From the NCBI RefSeq assembly GCF_009914755.1, contig NC_060933.1: DNA of 64,000 bases; one strand, written 5' to 3'. The position numbers were made by a program, and so were the translations under genes. Positions 1 through 21,149 of this stretch are shown piece by piece (the first letter of the stretch is position 1; each line of letters opens with the position of its first letter). The stretch is from the human T2T-CHM13v2.0 reference genome, Homo sapiens. The notes below the pieces were generated by a model. The model ran no database searches. It was not told the origin of the DNA and saw only the letters and a list, made by a program, of their open reading frames with translations.

Positions 1-2591
<2,591 letters not shown>

Positions 2592-3329
2592 AGAATACAC
2601 TTTTAACAGTTTTTGTTTTGTTTTAATAACTTAGATGAGATTTTGTTATAGTTTCAGCATCAAGCTTTTATTACATTTTAGTTGTTGCTTGTATTACTCA
2701 GAGATTTCTAGAGAATGGTAGGAGTACTTACAATAGGCTGCCCAGTTGGAATTTCCGATGTTGAAATTCAGCTGATTATTAGAGAACAGAATATAGCATT
2801 AGATATATGTAGCATAGAACAGAATATAGACTATTAGGGTATGAGCACTTAAGTGCTAAATAACTCTTTTCCCTTTTTCCTTGAAAAATGTCCTAATTGG
2901 TTCATTTATATGTTTCATAGTACAAAGATTTCCCTTGCACAGTTGCTCATTATTTGTACTGTTTGTTTTATTTTTGATGGGTGGTATATTTTGCATAGTA
3001 GTGGATACATTTCTTCAGTAGATTAACTTGTACTATGTGCCATACACTGTGTCAGATGTGGACAGCAGTGAACACAATAGACTGGATTCCCTATGATTTC
3101 ATGGAAGTGGATTATTTTAAGAGTGTGAATGTTTAGTTAACTGTTGCACTGTATACTGTTCAGATACACATGGTATTTCAGCTACTATGGTATTTATGAA
3201 CTGCTACTGCATAAAGCCTCAAATTTATTCTGGATTCTTCTGGGTTTATATTGTATATTACTATGGGTGGATATTTAAGGAGCACAATGATGAGTCATCA
3301 AAGCCTTTGTGCTAATGACTTCTTTTTTT

Positions 3330-4170
3330 ATATCTCCATCCAGTTCCAGGTATTAATTTGGCATCTCTACTTGTTAACTATAACAAATGTAACTCTGATC
3401 TTTCCTCTCAGCTCTGCTTCTCTGGAATTTCTCCTGCATCTCATCTCATTTCATTGCTCACTCATTTCATTATGAGTTATCCAACACTTCATGGTTCCTC
3501 AGCCCTCACATCCAAAGTATCACTTAACACCTTGTAACTTCTGCTTCAGGAATAATATTGTGGGGATCAATCCGCTTGTCTCCACCTCCAGTGCATTATC
3601 CTACCATTCACTCCCAGCCTCCCTCCAATCTCTTTCCAGCATGATCTTTAAGGCCTATTGCCTTATTGGATTGTTCTCATAGGCCTCAGGATATTTAAAA
3701 TTCCTGCCATATCTCTTTCTACCCCAAGCTCCACCCATGTCTTATCTAGATGGTTTTTCATGTTCTCTCTACCTATTGGCTTTTCTTTTCTTCAAACTGT
3801 ATACAACCTTCCTGAATGTGCTGTTTTTTGCCTGACTGATTTCTCCTCTCATTTTCCCCCTTTTCATACATCTTTCTGATCTCTACTTGAAAGTACTTCT
3901 TCAGAGAAACCTGACCTGTTACTCATTTCTCTTCTCTGATTAAATCAGCTTCCCTAATGATGAGCTGTCTTAATTCCCTGTATTTTTCCCTAACACTTAG
4001 TGGTTTATAATTGTATATTTTTGTGATTATTTGATTGTTTCTACACTGTAAAGATTCTACAAGGGCAGAGACCAAGTATTTTTATTTCCTTCTATTCTAT
4101 ATAGCACACTGTTCCCTCACTAGCACTATAGTATAGGTGCTCAACGAACATTTATTGTGCAAATTAATGA
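3330..4170. mobile_element. L2 fragments
   Basis: Degenerate L2 3' motifs: tgtaaagattctacaagggcagagacc...tagcac...gtataggtgctcaacgaacattta. Confidence 0.55.
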
Positions 4171-4259
4171 CTTTTACATATATGCAAAAATGAAGGAACT
4201 GTAAAACCAGGACACGCATTGGGAAATACATCTTACCCATCGTGACCCAACACACATAA

Positions 4260-4558
<299 letters not shown>

Positions 4559-4657
4559 TGATCCGCCCACCTCAGCCTCCCAAAGTGCTGGGATTACAGG
4601 CAATAGCCACTGTGCTTGGCAAAGTAAATATTTTAAAATATATGAAAATATATTGTA

Positions 4658-4880
4658 TAGGTTAAGTATTCCTTATCTGAAATACATGAATTTTATATTT
4701 TTTTCAGATTTGGGAATATTGCATTTTACTATACATTACAGATGCTATAGTTACAACTGAGCATCTGTAATCTGAGAATTTGAAATCTGAAATGAGCATT
4801 TACTTTGAGTGTCATGTTTGCCCTCGAAACTTTCAGATTTTGGAGTATTTCAGATTTTTGGTTTGAGATGCTCAACTTAT
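4658..4880. mobile_element. Tigger4/MER46-like element
   Basis: taggttaagtattccttatctgaaa...cagattttggagtatttcagattttt...gatgctcaact; TIR-like ends. Confidence 0.7.
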
Positions 4881-5069
4881 GTATGATAATTGTACAAAAA
4901 GCTATAATTTCAAGTATTGATTTGCTGTTTACTGGGAAGGAATGGGAAAATTTTTGAAATTAGAAATGTCAGACTTAGGACAGTTGGCCCCCTTTAGTGG
5001 GGGTCTCGGTGTGGGACATTTTAGTGGAGTTCATAGTCCTGCTTCCATTTTTAGCATTGTACATTTAGA

Positions 5070-5333
5070 AATATGAACTTTTTCAGTCGACCGAGAGTGT
5101 CAGGCATTGGAAGACTAATGTCTTCAGTGTGGTTCCCTAATTAAACTGGCAAGAAGAACTAGAATCTGGATCTGAAATGCTTGTGTCTGCTCATTAGGGC
5201 TCTTTCTAGAAAGTCTCGGTCCCTGGGAAAGCACATAAATGATCACATAGTTTTTGGTGACAGGTAGGCAGGCCCCAGCTGATGGGTAGTGCTGAACAGG
5301 ATTTTTTTTTTTTTTAACCTGCTGGGCTTCCCT
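5070..5333 (+). repeat. Donor copy of a 264-bp local direct duplication
   Basis: Matches 6640-6905 except three substitutions and T-tract length (14 vs 16). Confidence 0.97.
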
Positions 5334-5607
5334 GACCCTTGAGCATTCACCTCTGCTTATCAGAACATTCTTCTCTGCCAGTACGTTTTCTCTTGTTGAA
5401 TAAGGTTAAAGAAGCGATAAATTCCTTCATTTGGCTCCCTTTTTACCTCCATCTTTGCATTTGTTTTTTGTACCAGATGTTTGTTTAAATTCCAGTCCTC
5501 AGGACAGGCTTTGTCTGATCATTAGTATATTGTTGATTCTGTTCTGTTCTGAGAGTCCATCAGATACTTTGAATGGTCACAGGCATCCCTTTGAGTGGGT
5601 GAACTGA

Positions 5608-5855
<248 letters not shown>

Positions 5856-5906
5856 TAGTGGAGACAGGGTTTCACCACGTTCGGCAGGATGGTCTCGAAC
5901 TCCTGA

Positions 5907-6307
<401 letters not shown>

Positions 6308-6639
6308 TAACTTTCAAAAAGGAATCCTTCCCTAAAATTTGGGCACATAAAGTGATACCTCTCAGTCTATAATATTCAGGCAGCTTTCATTAGCAGGAAG
6401 AATCTGGCCCTGAGATAGGTAAAATCATTTTCCTTTTTTTTTTGATAATTTTATTTATTTTTCTAAGTTTGTATTATATATACACACATAATATTTCTTT
6501 TAGTATTTTCAAATAGGCAATACAAGGTATGTAACAAGATATAAAATTCAGAAGGTATTAAAGGGTAAAATGTGTACATGGTTCTCACTTTTAGCCTTTA
6601 GACAGCTAGTTCCCTTCTGTCTAAAATTCCCTTTTAGGG

Positions 6640-6905
6640 AATATGAACTTTTTCAGTCGACCGAGAGTGTCAGGCATTGGAAGACTAATGTCTTCAGTGT
6701 GGTTCCCTAATTAAACTGGCAAGAAGAACTAGAATCTGGATCTGAAATGCTTGTGTCTTCTCATTAGGGCTCTTTCTAGAAAATCTCGGTCCCTGGGAAA
6801 GCACATAAATGATCACATAGTTTTTGGTGACAGATAGGCAGGCCCCAGCTGATGGGTAGTGCTGAACAGGATTTTTTTTTTTTTTTTAACCTGCTGGGCT
6901 TCCCT
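6640..6905 (+). repeat. Inserted copy of the 264-bp duplication, flanked by the 16-bp direct repeat TTCCCTTTTAGGGAAT
   Basis: Direct repeat at 6627-6642 and 6900-6915; offset 1570 bp from the donor. Confidence 0.97.
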
Positions 6906-7325
6906 TTTAGGGAATTTTAGAGATATTCTATATAAATTTATGTGTGTGTTTACATTTTTTTACACAAATGGTTGTCTTCATGCTCCCTCACTCCTCAATA
7001 ACTCAATGTGTATTTCCTACATTTTTCTCCATAACTGCAGTATATCCATCAAAATCAGGAAATTAACACTGATACATTACTATCATCTAATTTTTAGATT
7101 CTTCATATTTCACTATTTGTTATAGTAATTAATGTTCTTCATAGCAAAAGTATCCAGTCCAGAATTGTGCAATATGTATTCTTGTTGTAGGTCTTTTAAG
7201 CATCCTTCAATCTCAAATATGGATTTGAGAAGGATTTTCATGATCTTGATTTTTTTTTCCTTGATCTTCATGGTCTTGATTTTCATGATCTTGACACTTT
7301 TTGTTTTTCTTTCTTTTTTTTTTAA

Positions 7326-7622
<297 letters not shown>

Positions 7623-7919
7623 TAAAAAAGGAAATTTTCATCAATACTCTTAAGTGAAGCTGGTTTGCAGTTTTCTTGGGTCGTTTTTAAGTTTTGTTAC
7701 TCATTTTAGGCTTCTTAAGAAAGGATTTCTAAGCTTGCTGTTTTTTTTTTCCATGCAATCTGGAACATCTTAAATAACATGTCATACATTTCTTAAAAAT
7801 TGATCAGAATTGTTTATCTAGTGGAGAGAAGATTTGTTCCTTATTTAGTGGGCTTTGGTGTGATCTTTTTCCTTTTTTTCTTCTCTTCTCTTTTCTTTTT
7901 TGGCAGCTGGAGAGCCTAG

Positions 7920-8150
7920 CAAAGAGGTCAGTTATATTTGGGATCTGGGTCCGGGATACAAAACTTGGAGTCAGTTCATTGCACCTATTTGCTGTTTGAC
8001 CTTAGAAAATTTATTTCCATTTCTAAGTCTTGGTTTCATCATTTCTCAAATGGGAATAATCACAGCCTGCTAACTAACATCACAGAGAACTTTTAAGAAT
8101 GAAAATGAAGTAACATATGTTAAAGCACAGTAAAGAACCAAGCAAATGCA
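7920..8150. mobile_element. MIR (further probable MIRs at ~20880-21090, 22630-22870, 43700-43915, 50200-50430)
   Basis: gctgtttgaccttagaaaatttatttccatttctaagtcttggtttcatcatttctcaaatgggaataat resembles the MIR core. Confidence 0.6.
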
Positions 8151-8495
8151 AGACTTTTTTTTATAAGAAGGTTCTTTTTAATAAGATGTCAGTACTCAAA
8201 GAGTTGTCAATGAGGATAGATCTCAATATCATGCTACTGAAGGAGTTTGTGTAGATGGACAATGCCTCCTGCTCCAAGAGCAAGCACATGGAGAAAGGGT
8301 CAATGGACACATTTGTTTTGCTGTTTAACAACAAAGAAAAATTATGAATTAGACAAAATGTAGTCTAGATAGAATTTATTTTTGTGAACATTAATGAGGG
8401 TTTGGTCATGTATTTATTAAAACCATGTGTTACGCCATGCCCGGTGGCTCATGCCTATAATCACAGCACTTTGGGAGGTTGAGGCGGGTGGATCA

Positions 8496-8808
<313 letters not shown>

Positions 8809-9271
8809 CTATGACTTGACTTTGTGCTTATATCATGATTGTATTTAATTTTATTATAAGTTGGTTAAATATTTGAGACTTTGGGGAAATTAAACTTGTC
8901 AAGCTGTCAACTTATCAGTTTGGATTTATGGTTTCCTATTTCATTTTGTAGATATTGAAAATACATGTCAATATCTGTGTATTTCATGTCAAGGAAGCTG
9001 TGTATTGGTATCAGGATTGAGGGAATACATGATCAACAAATACTTTTCCAAGTTTCAGTGTCACAGATTGCATATGGCATGATAATACATCACATTCATT
9101 TCCCTCAAGTTTGTTTTTTTTTTTGACAGGTAGTTAACAAAAAATGTGCAAATTGCCATAATTCTCTAAAATAGTATTTCTTGCATTCATTAATAATGAA
9201 AAAAGCAAGGATGGTCAGATTATTGTGTTTGATGTTTTTCAACCTCTTTTTTTTTTTTTTTTTCAGTATAG

Positions 9272-9683
<412 letters not shown>

Positions 9684-9853
9684 TCAAACTCCTGAGCTCA
9701 AGTGATCCTCTTGCCTTGGCCTCCCCCCAAAGTGCTAGGATTACAGGTGTGAGCCACTGCACCTGGCCTGATTGTGAATCTTTAGGAATAATTGGAAAGT
9801 TTGCGTATTAAATTGTCTTGAAATATGTTTTCTAAGTATTTCAATTTTTTTAA

Positions 9854-10027
<174 letters not shown>

Positions 10028-10663
10028 TAGTAGAGACGGGGTTTCTCCATGTTGGTCAGGCCGGTCTCGAACTCCTGACCTCAGGTTATCCACCTGCCTT
10101 GGCCTCACAAAGTGCTGGGATTACAGGTGTGAGCCACTGCACCCGGCCAGTATTTCAAATTTAAGGCTTAGTTTTTATGTTTGAAACTAAGGATGAGTAG
10201 TCTCCATGGCCTCCCATGAGTCCTTCTGATAGGACTAAATAGGCTGGATAATCTCATAAAAGTCACAATGTAGAATTGCTGGAAAGCGCTGGTCCAGGCC
10301 ACAGCTGGGTGCAGGGGCAGTACAGTCCAGTATTTGGTGAGGGGCTCGCTGCCCAGGCTGAGTGCTGGAGGGCCTCAATGGGTGACCTGCATGGTAGTTG
10401 CCAGGAAGCCAAAGCAGGCCCAAGGGGTTGTGACCTACCTGGGAGACTCAGGTAGCTCTTGCAGGTGTTGGGAAGCCTCTCCCCATTCCAGCCCCCCTGA
10501 GGGAGACAGTGCAAGCCCAGCAGGCTTTCAGTGTGAACTTAACACTCCTGTGAAATGCAAATTTTGGAAACTGTTGGAATGGCCTTGTTTGGCTGCCTTC
10601 TCCCTTTATCAATCCAGTTACATAAAAATAAGGATTTAGAAAGTAAATGAGTTAGGTTTCTAA

Positions 10664-11469
<806 letters not shown>

Positions 11470-12665
11470 TGATCCACCCGCCTCGGCCTCCCCAAGTGCT
11501 AGGATTACAGGTGTGAGCCACAGTGCCTGGCTTTTCTTTTTCTTTTTTTTTTTTTTGACAAGGTCTCACTCTGTCACTCAGGCTAGAGTGGAGTGGTGAG
11601 ATCATGGCTCACTGCAGCCTCGACCTCCCAGACTCAAGTGATCCTCCTGCCTCAGCCTCCTGAGTAACTGGGATTACAGGTGCACACTACTACACCTGGC
11701 TAATTTTTAAATTTTATTTGGAGAGACAGGGTCTCCCTATATTGCCCAGCCTTATCTCGAACTCCTGAGCTTAAGCGATCCTCCTGCCTCAGCCTTCCAT
11801 TGTGCTGGAGTTACAGGCTGTGCCCAGCCACAATGTGCAAATGCTACCATAAATTACCATTTTTTAAAAAACGAAAGCAGATACTTTAGACAAATTATTT
11901 ATTTAATGCCAGTGTCATTGTTGATGTTATAGTTTATGATTATTTAAAAGTTAAAGGTATTTTACCAAATGAGCTACACTTGATTGTCCATTTAATCTGT
12001 CAGTTTAATTTGTATAGGTATTCATAGGCCAGGCGTGGTGGCTCATGCCTGTAATCCCAGCACTTTGGGAGGCTGAGACGGGCAGATCACTTAGGCCAGG
12101 AGTTCGAGACCAGCCTGATCAACATGGTGAAATCTTGTTTCGACTAAAAATACAAAAATTAGCTGGGTGTGTTAGCGCACGCTTATAATCCCAGCTGCTC
12201 AGGTCGCTGAGGCAGGAGAATTGCTTGAACCCAGGAGACGGAGGTTGCAGTGAGTCAAGATCGCACCATGGCACCCTAGCCTGGGCGACAGAGTGAGACT
12301 CTGTCTCAAAAAAAAAAAAAAAAGTATAGGTATTTGTAGATGTGTTACTGGTTGTATAATACAGTAAGATTGGGGGAAGAGACCTAGGCAAGTTATTTCC
12401 ATTTTAAGGGCTTGGATACAAATGCATAACCAAACCCTAGGCATTTATTTTATTTATTTTTATTATTTATTTGTTTATTTATTTTTGAGATGGAGTGTCA
12501 CTGCAAACTCCGCCTCCCGAGTTCAAGCAATTCTCCTTTCTCAGCCTCTTGAGTAGCTGGGACTACAGGCGCATGCCACTATACCTGGTTAATTTTTGTA
12601 CTTTTAGTAGAGACGGGGTTTCACCATACTGGTCAGGCTGGTTTCGAACTCCTGACCTCAAGTGA

Positions 12666-12833
<168 letters not shown>

Positions 12834-12907
12834 TAATATACAAACATATGGAACTGTCAAATTTAAAAACTCAAGAGTAATTGCTTGACATACAGAGGGA
12901 TTTCTTA

Positions 12908-13216
<309 letters not shown>

Positions 13217-13500
13217 TTAAAATATTTTCTTGCAGATATTTATAGAAATATATTACCTATATTGATTGTTTCATCTTAAAAAAGGTTTTATATGATACTT
13301 GGGGCATGCAAAAGACATGGTATAGTTCTATGAATTCACCCAGATATCACTGTATGTTTCTCTTCTATCTCATCCATCTTCTCGCCTTGGCAACCATGTC
13401 CTGATTTTTGTGTTCCATATGCCCTTGCTTTAAAAAAATGGATTTGTCTTTTATGCATTTATCCTTAAAGAGTAGATTAAATTTGATTTCAGATTTGTGA

Positions 13501-13791
<291 letters not shown>

Positions 13792-14006
13792 TGATCAGCC
13801 TGCCTCGGCCTCCCAAAGTGCTGGGATTACAGACGTGAGCCATCCCGCTTGGTGATTCATCCATATTCCTGGGAGTAGCTATGATTTGTTAATTTTCACT
13901 GCTGTGTAGTTCCATCGGGTGAATATATTGTGATTCATTTCCTTATTTTCTTGTAGATTGATTTTTGAGTTTTCAGTTTTTAGTTCTTATGAAAATGCTG
14001 TAATGA

Positions 14007-14548
<542 letters not shown>

Positions 14549-15161
14549 TTACTTTTGATACATGAACAATTAAAAATTATTTTTGTGTGTTCCGTATATC
14601 CCATAGAAGGATAACACACCTTTCTCTTTTTTATTTTTAGAGATGGAGGCCTCACTGTGTCTCCTGGTCTAGAATGTAGTGGTGCGATCATAGCTCACTG
14701 AAGCCTTGAACTCCTGGGCTCTGGGTATTCTCCTGCCTCAGCCTTTTGGGTAGCTGGAACTACAGGCTTTACAGGTGTATGCCACCATGCCCCGCTCAAC
14801 ACATCTTTCTTTCCTTTTTTGAGATGGAGTCTCGCGCTGTTGCCAGGCTGGAGTGCAGTGGCACGATCTCGGCTTACTGCAACCTCTGCCTCCCGGGTTC
14901 AAGCGATTCCTGCCTCAGCCTCCCGAGAAGCTGGGAATACGGGCCAATGCCATCACGACCAGCTAATTTTTTGTATTTTTAGTAGAGACAGAGTTTCCAC
15001 CATGTTGGCCAGGATGGTCTTGATCTCTTGACCTCCCAAAGTGCTGGGATTACAGGCGTGAGCCACTGTGCCCAGCCTCAACACATCTTTCTTTGGCTCA
15101 AGTCCCATTTATCTTCAAGGCCTGTCTCAAACCCACTTTTTTTTTTTTTTTTTTTTTTTAA

Positions 15162-15368
<207 letters not shown>

Positions 15369-16586
15369 TGACCTCATGATCCACCCGCCTCGGCCTCCCA
15401 AAGTGCTGGGATTACAGGCGTGAGCCCGCGTGCTGGGCCTCAATCCCACCTTTTAAAGGCTTCTCCTACTGTGCCCATTTGTAGTCTTATCTTTTCCCCA
15501 GGAATTCCTATAGCACTTAGGTTTGTATATTGAGTTTGACCCTTAAGTTTTTATTGTCTTGTATTGTCAACTTTTCCAGGATTCCTCACCCTTCTGTATT
15601 TTCATCCCCTACCCCCAAGTAAGGAAACAACAGATTTTCACTTACTCTGTAGTCAGTTGTCTAATCTGTATTGCTGTTGTTGATTTCCTTTGGATTTTGG
15701 TCAATTTAGGCAGCTATCTGGGAAGAATTCTTTTTATTAATATTATACTTTTGGTGTTTTCATCTACAGCAGGGTGGAAGCAGACCTTAAGCACCCAAAG
15801 CTCTCTACTCCTTTCTGCCACTTACGTTCTCAGCAAAACCTCAGTAACTGCTAGGTTTTATCTTTTCAAAGCTGCTTTTGAGTGAGTTTGTTAACCTCTT
15901 GATGTTCATGTTAAGTACTTAAATGTTAGCTGCCCCAGCTGTTAAGTCATGCAAAGAGTCTTCCTTCAGCTTCAGCTGGGCACATCTCCGGGGCTGTGGG
16001 AGGACTTTTAGAATGACAATGTGATCTGCCTCATTTTATCTTTTCTGTAGTGAGTGTAGCTCTTTCAGTAGTGAATGCCTGTGTTTTACATTTTTGAGAT
16101 TGTTCCCTTTACCTGTCTAAGACAAGAAAGTTGTTATATCTGTTCTCCTTATTGCCCCCAGGTCCTTGAAGTTAAAATTTTTTTTTTGAGACTTAGTCTT
16201 GCTCTGTCGCCCAGTCTGGAGTGCAGTGGCGCGATCTTGGTTCACCGCAACCTCCACCTGCTTCCACCATGTTTGGCTAATCAAATGTAACATTCTTAAC
16301 AAGCCATCCTCTAGATTTAAAATGGTTTGTAATTGGAAACTGAAATGGTTTCCAACTGCAAGCCATAAAAACTTGAAATTCTTCAGTTTGATAGTCAGGA
16401 TAACTAGTCCCATCATTCCATCATTTTTCTTCAAAACATACAGGTTTTCAGGCCTTTTTTTTTTTTTTTTCTCCCCATAAAGACAGGATCTCACTCTTTC
16501 CCAGCCTGGAGTGCAGTGGCAAAATCATAGCTCACTGCAGCCTTGAACTCTTGGACTCAGGGAATCGTCCTGCCTCAGCCTCCTGA

Positions 16587-16953
<367 letters not shown>

Positions 16954-16995
16954 TAACTTATTCACTCAAGTGACAGCTCTCTGCTTCCACAGCTA

Positions 16996-17334
<339 letters not shown>

Positions 17335-17562
17335 CTAGGTGGAGATTTGGTGCCTTTTTTTTTTTTTTTAATTATGAGAAGGAGTCTCATGTTCGCCCAG
17401 ACTGGAGTGCAAGTGGCCTGGCTAATTTTTTGTATTTTTAGTAGAGACAGGATTTCACCATGTTGGCCAAGCTGGTCTTTAACTCCTGACCTCAGGTGAT
17501 CCACCCACCTTGGCCTTCCAAAGTGCTGGGTTTACAGGCCTGAGCTACCTCACCAGGCCTGA

Positions 17563-17833
<271 letters not shown>

Positions 17834-17899
17834 TGAGCCACCGTGCCTGGCTGATTAAAGTCTTTTAATATGAAAAGACTTAGATTCAGAACTGAGCAG

Positions 17900-18300
17900 G
17901 GTAAGGAGAGAGTGGAAACCTGTAAGGCATTCTTGCTGGAGTAGATCTAGCAGAAGTAGCTTGGGTCTGAAGAAATAGTTCTGGCACGATTCCTGACCCC
18001 TAGATCATAACTAATTTGGTGTGTTCGTGAAACAAACAGGTGCCACAGCAACTTCCTGCTCCCCAGATCTCAGTCAAGGTGCTATGAACTTGGACCCTGA
18101 TCTTCTGTTTGTAGTAGCAGTGGCAGTTCCCTTGACAGCTCCTGCTGCAGCAGTGTTCTGGGAGACATCCCTGGGGATTGAGCTGAGAGTCTGCTCTTGC
18201 AACCTTCAACAGTGCTCTAACACCAGTCAATATCAAATCCCTTTCTGCTTAAGTTAACCAGAGCAGTGTCTATGGGTAATTGAATCATGACTGATGCTAT
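17900..18300 (+). mobile_element. Degraded ERVL-type LTR fragment (LTR41/LTR33-like)
   Basis: 3' end atcaaatccctttctgcttaagttaaccagagcagtgtc...catgactgatg resembles ERVL LTR U5 ends. Boundaries uncertain. Confidence 0.4.
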
Positions 18301-18988
18301 TATCAAATATAAACTGATGACAATGGCAAGTGGGAAACCTGCTGTTTTACAAATACCAGATGTGCATCACATGGAGGTTTATTCACTCCTATTTGCGTTT
18401 TGATAATAATCCTTTCTAATAATTGGTTCATTGGTGTAATCTTTATGAAATTAACCTGAGTGGCTCAAAATTCATTTTGTAGCACTGAATGCAATTACTA
18501 ATTGAGCTATTTAAGCAAACTAGCCAGCCACCTACAGCTACTTAATCTTACTGGCCTACTATAGTAGCTCTGACTCACCCTTATCTTAACCAGATAAGGG
18601 ATACCATACATTCTCTCTAAAGAACACCACTGACCTCACACACAGGGCTAAGTAGGCTATGCCTATTGTTAATATATCCAAATACCAGTTGAATACTCAG
18701 CAGGTCAACAGTATTTCCCATCCAGTTTATGCCAGCTGTGTAAGTATGAGATATAATTAAAAATTATGTAAATAGATTAGCTGTGAATACAGCGGTGTTA
18801 TTGTTTCTACCAAATTTAAGTTGAATCCTTTGGAAAGCACCATTAAAGATGAGGTAATTTATTTTTAATCTCAAACGAGGTGTGGGAATTATAACAGTAA
18901 AAAGTTAAGAGATCGGGAATTTGTAAACATCTGCAAGGATTCTGGCTCATATTGCTTCTCAAGTATCCTAATTCTCATGCTGTTATTA

Positions 18989-19303
<315 letters not shown>

Positions 19304-19755
19304 TCAAAAAAAAAAAAAAAAAAAAAAAAAAAAGCGACTTTAATCATATTTGGAATGTCTCATATAATGTAGATTTCAGCTCTCCAGAATGCAGTCTCTT
19401 GAAGGTGCAGATTCTTCAGGCATTGAGCTCATGATTTCATTATGCCTATGATGATTCAGTCTTGGCTTTTTGGTCCCTTCATCTTTCTTGGGGCCTTGCA
19501 TTCTCTTGATTCTACTTTTCTCTGCTGATCTCTTTCCTTCTCTCATTTTCTGTTTATGCATATAGCAGACAGTAGCTGCTGTAGCCCCTCATGACATTGT
19601 CTCTGCTCTCTAGTTCTGAGTCCCGAGGAAGTGATTGCGCCAGGCTAGTCAATTGTAGTCTGTAGGAGTGGCTGCCTGAATTTACCCCTGTAGGCTGGGA
19701 AGCTTCTTTGGGGCAGGGGATTTTTCTGAATGGTCTTATTACAAGGGCCAAGGTA

Positions 19756-20726
19756 TAGTTGATTCTCATTATTTGCAGTAGTTATGTTCTATAAAGTCAT
19801 CATGAACAATGAACTAGTAAATACTGAAATGTTGCTCCTAGTGGAAGTACAAGTTTAGGTTCCTGTCACCCTCTGGTCAGAACATTTTCATCAACTGATC
19901 AATACATAATCTTGTTTTTTGTGTTTTTTTTTAAAGACACTGTATTTAAAATATAATTGTTGATTTATTAACATTAAATTTGTTGCCAACAGCACTGTAA
20001 CTCATGACTGAACCAACCTTATGTAACATGAATTTTTGTCATAAGCCATATAGCTATAGCCATAAACCATGGTATTCTTGTACTTAGAAACACAAGACAG
20101 CACTTCAGCATTATGCTTGGGAGCCATTTTAAGCAGCTAAATCACCAACAGACAGTGTAAAAGTGCAAAAATCATGGCACTAAATAGACCATAGAATGGA
20201 CACTTGTTTGCATTATGAGAGCTGAAACAAGAAAGCCTTTGTTTGGCCTCAGCTGGGAATGTGTGCATTGGGCAATTCAAATTTTTCATTGCTCTATGCG
20301 TGTCTGTGAATGACCATACAAATGGTGATACAAATACTGATTTTGGGGTTATAAATAATTTTTTTTTTTTTTTTGAGACAGAACCTCACTCTTGTGCCCA
20401 GGCTGGCTGGAGTGCAGTGGCATTATCTCGGCTCACCTGCAGTCTCAGCCTCCTGGGTTCAGGCTATTCTCCTGCCTCAGCCTCCTCAGTAGCTGGGATT
20501 ACGGGTGCCTGCCACCATGCCCGGCTAATTTTTGTGCTTTTAGTAGAGACAGGGTTTCACCATGTTGGCCAGGCTGGTCTCGAACTCCTGACCTCAGGTG
20601 ATCTGTCCACCTCGGTCTCCCAAGTGCTGGGATTACAGGTGTGAGCCACCATGCCTGGCCTGGTTATAAATTTTAGTGAGTAGGTAAATTTGTAGATACG
20701 GAATCTGTGAATAATGAAGATTGATG
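19756..20726 (+). mobile_element. MER82-like TcMar-Tigger non-autonomous element with an inserted Alu (~20359-20660)
   Basis: Begins ta+tagttgattctcattatttgcagtagttatgttctataaagtc and ends ...ctgtgaataatgaagattgatg (imperfect TIRs). The Alu is flanked by ggttataaat repeats. Confidence 0.75.
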
Positions 20727-21149
20727 ACGTGTGTGGAGTGCCGAGAGCATTTAAAAAGGACATTGTCAGTTGGTGGGGAGTGTTGCCCAAAAAGCTTCAT
20801 AAGGGAGTCAACGTGTAAGATAAAGTTGAAAGATGAGTTTTGCCAGATAGGCACCACTGAGGATAGGAGAAGCAAATAGCAAAGCAGTTATGAGTAGAAT
20901 CTCAGATTAGGCTCATTTCCCATCTTCTGCTCCTACTAACTTGGGACCTTGAGCAAGCATTTTATTCTCTGTCATTAGTGAAATAGGGATATTCATGGTC
21001 CCTCTCTCAATGGAGTTCTTATGAGATTTAATTAAGAGAATGAACATTAATGCACTTAACAGATGTCTTGCTCACAGAAGGTATTCGTAACGGCGTACAC
21101 GTGACACATATGTCTATATATAGCACAGCAAAGGAGGGAAATGGCTTCA

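Noticed and set aside
19335-19750. Possible processed pseudogene (Lys/Arg-rich minus-strand ORFs)
   Set aside because: No recognisable parent protein, TSD or own poly(A). More likely a decayed LTR or unique intron sequence.
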